Below are positions 49,137 through 54,964 of a stretch of DNA of 54,964 bases, in pieces. This DNA is from Candidatus Thalassarchaeum betae. GTDB taxonomy: Archaea > Thermoplasmatota > Poseidoniia > Poseidoniales > Thalassarchaeaceae. The stretch is taken from NCBI GenBank assembly GCA_003193925.1, contig PSPG01000011.1:1-54964 (forward strand), in the 5' to 3' direction. The translations under genes were made by a program, and so were the position numbers. Every line of letters begins with the position of its first letter. Position 1 is the first letter of the stretch. Under the pieces are notes generated by a model. The model saw only the letters and a list, made by a program, of their open reading frames with translations, was not told where the DNA came from and ran no database searches.

Positions 49137-52073
49137 GTGCAGGCGAGCAGCACATCGAACAGGGGGATTGGACGAGCCAGACTTGCAGTCGCCCTTGCCG
49201 TGGTAATCATGGCCCCCGTCTACCTCTCTCTGGCACCTACTCCGGAACTTCGCGCTTCCGAGCCGATGTCCGCCGATGGCGACATCGAAATGAAGCTCTA
49301 CACCCTGTACCTAGCCTCGCAGAATTCGTCTGCCGGGGGCGACGGCCACATCACTACCGAGGTCCCCGAGTCCGGCGGTCAGGACAGCGCCAGTGCCCTG
49401 GACAGCGAAGTCGAGTTCCGTTCCAGCGACATGCTCTCCTCCCTCATCGTCCAAGGAAGGCCCCAGCACGGCAGTAGCTCCGGCTCGTACTACATGCCAC
49501 TGGACCTGTTCCTCAGAGCCACCGGGCCCAGCGGCTCTACTGTGGAGTGGACAATCACCCTCAGGGCCGGTGGCTCCCAGGTCGGGACGACGTCTTGGAG
49601 CACCGAAGCCTGCACTCAGAGCTTCACCAACAGCTGCAGTTTCGACCACGAGCAGTTCGACATAGACATGGGCCAGGACCAGTCGTTCACGCTCTCCAAG
49701 GACGAGAGGCTCGAAATCACCGTCAGTGCCGAGATGTCGGGCTGCGACGGTGGCACTATCCCCGGTGGCTCCAGCTGCGAGGCCGAGGTCGCTTGGAACG
49801 AGATCGACGACGAGAATGACAGGTTCTCCCAGCTCGGGGTCGAGGCCAACGCGATGGCCAACAGCCTAGTCCTGCTGCAGCGCGAAGGCGCCGAACTCGC
49901 CGAGGGCGCCGAGTTAGACTGGTACCCGAACGACATTCTCTCCGAGCGCACCATGCAGTTCTCCTTCGATGTCAAGAGCGCCTTCGGCCGCTACGACATC
50001 GAGTCTACCCGCCTCATCATGCGTGACCCCGGAGGCGTCTACAGGATCGACCACATCATCAACGAGGATGACGAGGACATCGAGGACACCAGCCAAGGCA
50101 TCTTCGGCGAGTACATCTGGACCTACCCGAGCGGCCTGCCTGCCGGCGAGTACTCGGTCGAACTGGAGATCACCGACATCCAAGGCAACAACTTCCTGAT
50201 CGACCACGACCCGGTCGAGATGCACCAGTGGGGTGTCTCAATCAACCACAGGCTAGACCGATTGACAGAGTACGTGGCTCCCGGTGAGACCACCGCCATA
50301 CCGCTGCAGTTGGTCCACAAGGGGGACTCCACCAAGTCGATGGAGGTGGAACTCGAGGTCCTGACCAACCTAGGCAGTTCCTGGCAGATCGAGTTCGACT
50401 CGCCCGGCGGCTACACGCTCAACGCCGGCGGCGACATCCTCAACCCCATCCTGACTCTGACCGCGCCCGACGACCTGACCGGCACCCCGGATAGTATCGA
50501 GATCAGAGCGGTCGCCGAGGCCGAGGTCGATAGCGTCCTCCAAGTGGTGGACCAGGACATCCTGCAGCTCGATCTCGAGAAGATAGACGTCTACCAACCA
50601 CCCGAGGTCTCGCTGTGGAACGAGGAGCACGACGTCCAGATAGCTAACTCCACCCGGCCCGGCGACTTCGATCAAGACGTCCCGAGATATGTCGAATACA
50701 ACCAGTTCACCCCCTTCCTGCTTGAGATTTTCAACACCGGCTTCGACGCTGACACATTCAGGATAGACGTCCTCCGAAGGGCCAAGTCGATCATCCAGAT
50801 CTACGACAACGACACCGGTGAGAGGATCCTCGAGGACGAGGGCGATGGGACCTTCCACACTGCTATCCTCGAGCGCCATTCGACCCAGATCCTGCTGCTC
50901 AATGTCAAACCGTCCTCCGACCGCGACGACCCCGACATAGGGGAGATCGAGATCGAGGTCATCAGCAACGGCAACTCCTCGCTCAGGGCCAACGTCAACT
51001 TCACGATACAGAGGACGTACGGGATCCACGCCGAGGTCTCGCACGACTGCGACGGCTCGCCGCTCGGTCACATGCGGGTGTCGCTGTGCTCGCCCGGCTC
51101 GGGCAGCGCGGTCGTCGACTTGAGAGTCAGGATAACCAACAGCATGAGCGGCGGCGAGTCCGCCAGCTGGTGGAGGATACAGAACCCCGCTTCGCTCCAG
51201 GAGAACATTGATCGAGACGCGGCATACGGACAGTGGCAGTTCATCATTCTCGACGAGTCCGGTGACGCGGTACCCAGAGTTTCCCTCGGTCCCGGGGACT
51301 TCACAGAGGTCTTCGTCACGGTGACTCTGACGAGCCAAGTCGTCGCCGGTAATCACACCGTCTACCTGCGCATCATTGATGATACCACCGACGACGATGC
51401 GCGGTACTTCGACCTGCCAATGGTGTTCGAGGTCGAAGCCGATGAGCCCAATCTCGAGATAGTACAGGTCTCGCCTAACAGGAAGTTGGTGCCCGGCGAG
51501 TCCTACTCGATTCAACTCAAGGTCAAGAACCAGGGCAACGGGCCTCTGACCGTGCTGCTCGATGCCGAGGTCGAGCAAGTCGGCTGGAGCGTCGACATCG
51601 ACGGCCCTTCAGGCTCGCGACTTATCGAGTTAGAGGCGTTCGAGGAGGCTACCTTCAACCTCGATGTCAGCGTTCCCGGATCAGCCAACAACGGCGACCA
51701 GATCCCGGTCGTCGTCACCGCCACTCCCTTCGACACCGAGCAGAGCTGGCCCGACGAGTACACCGCGACGACAACGGTCACGATGACCGTGGGAATCTCA
51801 TCGCTGATTGACATCCTGATCAATGAGATCACCCATCCGCGCCTCTCGACCATGGTGATTGCCGTGGTCGGCATCCTGCTCCTATTCGCCGGAATCCAGA
51901 GCAAGATGAACCGCCGTCGCTGGGCCACCCACCTCGCTTTTCTTGAGGCACTGGGAGGCGATGACGACGAAGGCGAAGGCGCCAGTGAGGACTCGGACCT
52001 GCCTGCTCCGGTGACCGCAGTCGAGGAAGAGGAGTCGGACGATTACGAGGACGACGAAATCGAACTAGTCTGA
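49137..52073 (+). CDS. Large acidic cell-surface protein with probable Ig-like (CARDB/NEW3-like) domains and a C-terminal TM anchor
   Basis: N-terminal hydrophobic signal, repeated beta-sandwich-like segments (VKNQGNGP, IFNTGFDADTF), C-terminal TM and acidic tail. Confidence 0.8.
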   Translation: MQASSTSNRGIGRARLAVALAVVIMAPVYLSLAPTPELRASEPMSADGDIEMKLYTLYLASQNSSAGGDGHITTEVPESGGQDSASALDSEVEFRSSDMLSSLIVQGRPQHGSSSGSYYMPLDLFLRATGPSGSTVEWTITLRAGGSQVGTTSWSTEACTQSFTNSCSFDHEQFDIDMGQDQSFTLSKDERLEITVSAEMSGCDGGTIPGGSSCEAEVAWNEIDDENDRFSQLGVEANAMANSLVLLQREGAELAEGAELDWYPNDILSERTMQFSFDVKSAFGRYDIESTRLIMRDPGGVYRIDHIINEDDEDIEDTSQGIFGEYIWTYPSGLPAGEYSVELEITDIQGNNFLIDHDPVEMHQWGVSINHRLDRLTEYVAPGETTAIPLQLVHKGDSTKSMEVELEVLTNLGSSWQIEFDSPGGYTLNAGGDILNPILTLTAPDDLTGTPDSIEIRAVAEAEVDSVLQVVDQDILQLDLEKIDVYQPPEVSLWNEEHDVQIANSTRPGDFDQDVPRYVEYNQFTPFLLEIFNTGFDADTFRIDVLRRAKSIIQIYDNDTGERILEDEGDGTFHTAILERHSTQILLLNVKPSSDRDDPDIGEIEIEVISNGNSSLRANVNFTIQRTYGIHAEVSHDCDGSPLGHMRVSLCSPGSGSAVVDLRVRITNSMSGGESASWWRIQNPASLQENIDRDAAYGQWQFIILDESGDAVPRVSLGPGDFTEVFVTVTLTSQVVAGNHTVYLRIIDDTTDDDARYFDLPMVFEVEADEPNLEIVQVSPNRKLVPGESYSIQLKVKNQGNGPLTVLLDAEVEQVGWSVDIDGPSGSRLIELEAFEEATFNLDVSVPGSANNGDQIPVVVTATPFDTEQSWPDEYTATTTVTMTVGISSLIDILINEITHPRLSTMVIAVVGILLLFAGIQSKMNRRRWATHLAFLEALGGDDDEGEGASEDSDLPAPVTAVEEEESDDYEDDEIELV

Positions 52074-52155
52074 GGCTAGGCGAATCAGTGTCCGAACGGC
52101 GCTCCATTCTTCTTAAGACCCGTACTTTCCGCCGTAGGCGGCAGAAGGTGCACGA

Positions 52156-54964
52156 ATGCAGGCCGTTTCTGCTGTGGATGTATACTCGCCCTTGTCTCGC
52201 AAGAGGCGTTCTGCCGTCGCCTTCAGCGCCATGCTCCTGCTGGCATCCTATGCCGCCTTCGAGTTCGGGATGTGGGAGGCTCTGGCCACCACCGATGCGG
52301 ACGGCGACGGTCTGACCTACGGCTTGGAGTTCTACATCAACACCCAGCCCCAGGACTGGGACTCTGACGACGACGGCCTGCCAGACGGATGGGAGTGGCA
52401 GTACGGTCTCAACCCCCTTTCCGCTTCGGGCGACAACGGCTCCACCGGCGACCCCGACGGAGATGCCTTCACCAATCTCAACGAGTATCAGTACTCCATC
52501 CCGTCAGGATGGGACTCACCCTCGACTCCCTCTGTGCTCGACAACGGCGTCTGGTGGAACGGCACCGTGCCTACCAGGAACTGGGACGAGGAGAGCGCCA
52601 TGCAGATCATCCAGGGCGCTGGCTCCGACGGCGCTGACGAGGATCCGATGGGCAATATCTGCAACGACCAGTTTGACAACGACCATGACGGTCTGGTCGA
52701 CACCTTCGACCCCGACGGCGACGGTGACGCCGACTGCTCGAGCGATGACGACGACGGCGACGGCGCCATCGACGAGGACCCAGACGGTTGGGACACCGAC
52801 GGCGACGGCATGCCCGATGGATGGGAGGTGGCCAACGGCCTCGACCCGACTTCCAACTCCAACATGGACGGCGCCAACGGCGACCCCGACGGCGACGGCC
52901 TCCCCAACCTCTGGGAGTACGTCAACCCGACATGGGGCACCCGGAACGGCTCGACCAACCCGCCTACCCAGTACTTCAGGCCGGGACCGTTCAACATGAC
53001 GGCCACCGAGTCGCCGTGCAACCCGATCCTCGGACTCGGTCCCGGCGGCTGCGTGATATTCACCGCCGAGGTCGACGGCATTACCCGGACCGACCCGAAC
53101 AACAACGACACTGACGGGGACGGTCTGAACGACTCCTACGAGGCCTTCATCCTGCTCACCGACCCGACCGCGGTCGACACCGACGGCGACGGCATCTGGG
53201 ACGGTGTCGAGGTCAACGGCGCGTACGGCGACCCGCCGCTACCCACAGATCCCAGGAACAACAACACCGATGGCGACCAGTTCGACGACGGTGAGGAGGA
53301 TGTGAACGGCAACGGCGTGGTCGATCCGGGAGAGACCGATCCGACGAGGATAGAGGATTCGGGCGATATCGACAACGACGGCCTCGACAACTGGGAGGAG
53401 AACATGACCTGCACCCTGTGGAACGTCACGGATACCGATGGAGGAGGGGTCAATGACGGAGACGAGCTGTCGTTCGCCCATTCCACTGATCCCTGCCTCT
53501 CTGTGGTGGAGATCGAGAAGCAGATAATCTCGTGGGACTCTGCCAACTCCATACTCGCTCTCAACTCGACGAGCGGATTGAATCCCAATCCGATCGACTG
53601 GAGGCAGCATGGCGCACCGATGGGGTACTATGTCTCGACAAACGGCAGTCGGACCCCATTCATGTACGAGTCTATTCAATTCGATACTCTGCGCAGTGTG
53701 GACGTTGCCAAACCGAATGATGCCTCAACCGTGGTCTTCCTCAATTTCTCGTGGTGCTGGAACGCTACCGCCGGGGCATTCAACGAGCCGCACTGCGACG
53801 ATGACTATCCGGATACCGATGGCGACGGTCTGGCCGACTGGGAGGAGTTTTTGAGCACCTGGGGGTACCTGTCTCTGCCGAACATGTCCGACACCGACGG
53901 CGACGGTGTCGACGACCTGAATGAGATACTCAACCAGACAGATCCCAGCATCCCCTGTGACAATAATCTGGACAGTGACGGCGACGGCCTGAACAACTAC
54001 TTCGAGAACACCACCGGATGCCCCCTGAATTTCGGCATGGGGGGCAACGGGACTCTAGATACGTACTACACCATGTGGAACGTCACCGACACCGACAACG
54101 GAGGGGTGGGTGACGGGCAGGAGTATGTCGACGGGACCAACCCGCAGAACAACTCCGCGGATGACCTCAACCCGTTGGACACCGATGGCGACGGCATCCC
54201 CGACACCATCGAGCAGCAGATTGGCACCGACTGGAGGGACCCCGACACCGATGGCGGAGGGGTTCCCGACGGACAGGAGTGCCCACCTGAGTACTGGGAC
54301 ATCGGATGCGTGGATGCAGACGGCAATCCGTGGGACCCGACCGACGACATAGACGACAATATGCTGTACTTCATCGCCGTGAACACATCGTCCGGCGTCG
54401 ACCCGGCCCAGAGGCATTACTGGAGATGGCACACCTACGACAGCTACACCGGGGTGTCATGGGGCGTCAATATCACCTTGGTCGGCTATACCCAGATGTT
54501 CCCTGAGTGGTCGACCACACAGGGTGTCGCAGACTCGTTCTTCTGGAGTGGCTCCGAGGTCCTCGGGTGGACGATCGGTTACAAGTCGGACGGTATCATG
54601 GGGCCCGGAGAGGAGTTGATAGCCCCCTACAATGCGGTCAATTTCACCAGTTGGCTGGACAGCGGGGCCGGGTTGAATTTCTCCAACTTCACTCGTGACA
54701 TCCTGATCGACCAGTCCGCCATCGACACCCTCTATGTCACCGCTCCTCAAGTCATCTTCGGACCTCAGATCACCGACAACTCCACAGCCTTCTCAGGCAG
54801 CAGTTACGCCTACGACCTGCCCGCTGACTTCCTGTTCAGGAGCAGTTCGTATGTCGACGCCGTCACCCAGACGGTGATCAACGAGTCAGGTGCGTTCTCC
54901 GCTTGGGACAAGGTATTGGCGTTACAGGATTACCTGATCAACGGCAACAGCAGCACCAAGTTCA
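52156..54964 (+). CDS. Giant surface protein with many DxDGDG Ca-binding repeats followed by a transglutaminase-like (TgpA-type) region; runs off the window
   Basis: Frame 1 is open from ATG 52156 to the window end (over 930 codons). N-terminal RKRR plus TM, more than 15 D-T/S-D-G-D/G-G repeats, YWRWHTYDSYTGVSW and WDKVLALQDYL motifs. Confidence 0.85.
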   Translation, partial: MQAVSAVDVYSPLSRKRRSAVAFSAMLLLASYAAFEFGMWEALATTDADGDGLTYGLEFYINTQPQDWDSDDDGLPDGWEWQYGLNPLSASGDNGSTGDPDGDAFTNLNEYQYSIPSGWDSPSTPSVLDNGVWWNGTVPTRNWDEESAMQIIQGAGSDGADEDPMGNICNDQFDNDHDGLVDTFDPDGDGDADCSSDDDDGDGAIDEDPDGWDTDGDGMPDGWEVANGLDPTSNSNMDGANGDPDGDGLPNLWEYVNPTWGTRNGSTNPPTQYFRPGPFNMTATESPCNPILGLGPGGCVIFTAEVDGITRTDPNNNDTDGDGLNDSYEAFILLTDPTAVDTDGDGIWDGVEVNGAYGDPPLPTDPRNNNTDGDQFDDGEEDVNGNGVVDPGETDPTRIEDSGDIDNDGLDNWEENMTCTLWNVTDTDGGGVNDGDELSFAHSTDPCLSVVEIEKQIISWDSANSILALNSTSGLNPNPIDWRQHGAPMGYYVSTNGSRTPFMYESIQFDTLRSVDVAKPNDASTVVFLNFSWCWNATAGAFNEPHCDDDYPDTDGDGLADWEEFLSTWGYLSLPNMSDTDGDGVDDLNEILNQTDPSIPCDNNLDSDGDGLNNYFENTTGCPLNFGMGGNGTLDTYYTMWNVTDTDNGGVGDGQEYVDGTNPQNNSADDLNPLDTDGDGIPDTIEQQIGTDWRDPDTDGGGVPDGQECPPEYWDIGCVDADGNPWDPTDDIDDNMLYFIAVNTSSGVDPAQRHYWRWHTYDSYTGVSWGVNITLVGYTQMFPEWSTTQGVADSFFWSGSEVLGWTIGYKSDGIMGPGEELIAPYNAVNFTSWLDSGAGLNFSNFTRDILIDQSAIDTLYVTAPQVIFGPQITDNSTAFSGSSYAYDLPADFLFRSSSYVDAVTQTVINESGAFSAWDKVLALQDYLINGNSSTKF

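Noticed and set aside
52290-54270. Recurrent GACACCGACGGCGACGG units as a CRISPR array or tandem DNA repeat
   Set aside because: They are degenerate, in-frame and irregularly spaced protein repeats (DTDGDG); no cas genes are present.

Overview
Gene-dense, mostly GC-rich chromosomal segment of an archaeon. Markers are tRNA C56 methyltransferase Trm56, aIF-2beta, aRF1, class I LysRS, a NOG1-type GTPase and a CCA-less tRNA-Leu. These sit among many bacterial-type metabolic genes (lipA/lipB plus branched-chain 2-oxoacid dehydrogenase, folP/folB, flotillin, dUTPase) and very large acidic surface proteins. This mix best fits Marine Group II Thermoplasmatota (Poseidoniales), which is an inference. 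I found about 47 CDS and one tRNA, and no CRISPR array, transposase or integrase. Most notable observations: (1) a Tat-less Psr/Arr-type molybdoenzyme with a fused FeS-NrfD partner, a perfect hairpin at its start and a tandem DUF2061 pair downstream, a candidate uncharacterised cytoplasm-facing sulfur-redox module; (2) a lipA-bkd-lipB operon coupled to a cysteine-desulfhydrase-like PLP enzyme in a domain that generally lacks ACP; (3) an unannotated 39-aa zinc-finger microprotein; (4) a giant Ca-binding-repeat/transglutaminase-like surface protein missed by the ORF track; (5) an abrupt low-GC to high-GC switch inside an ABC ATPase gene. All product calls rest on motif recognition by eye; no searches were run.
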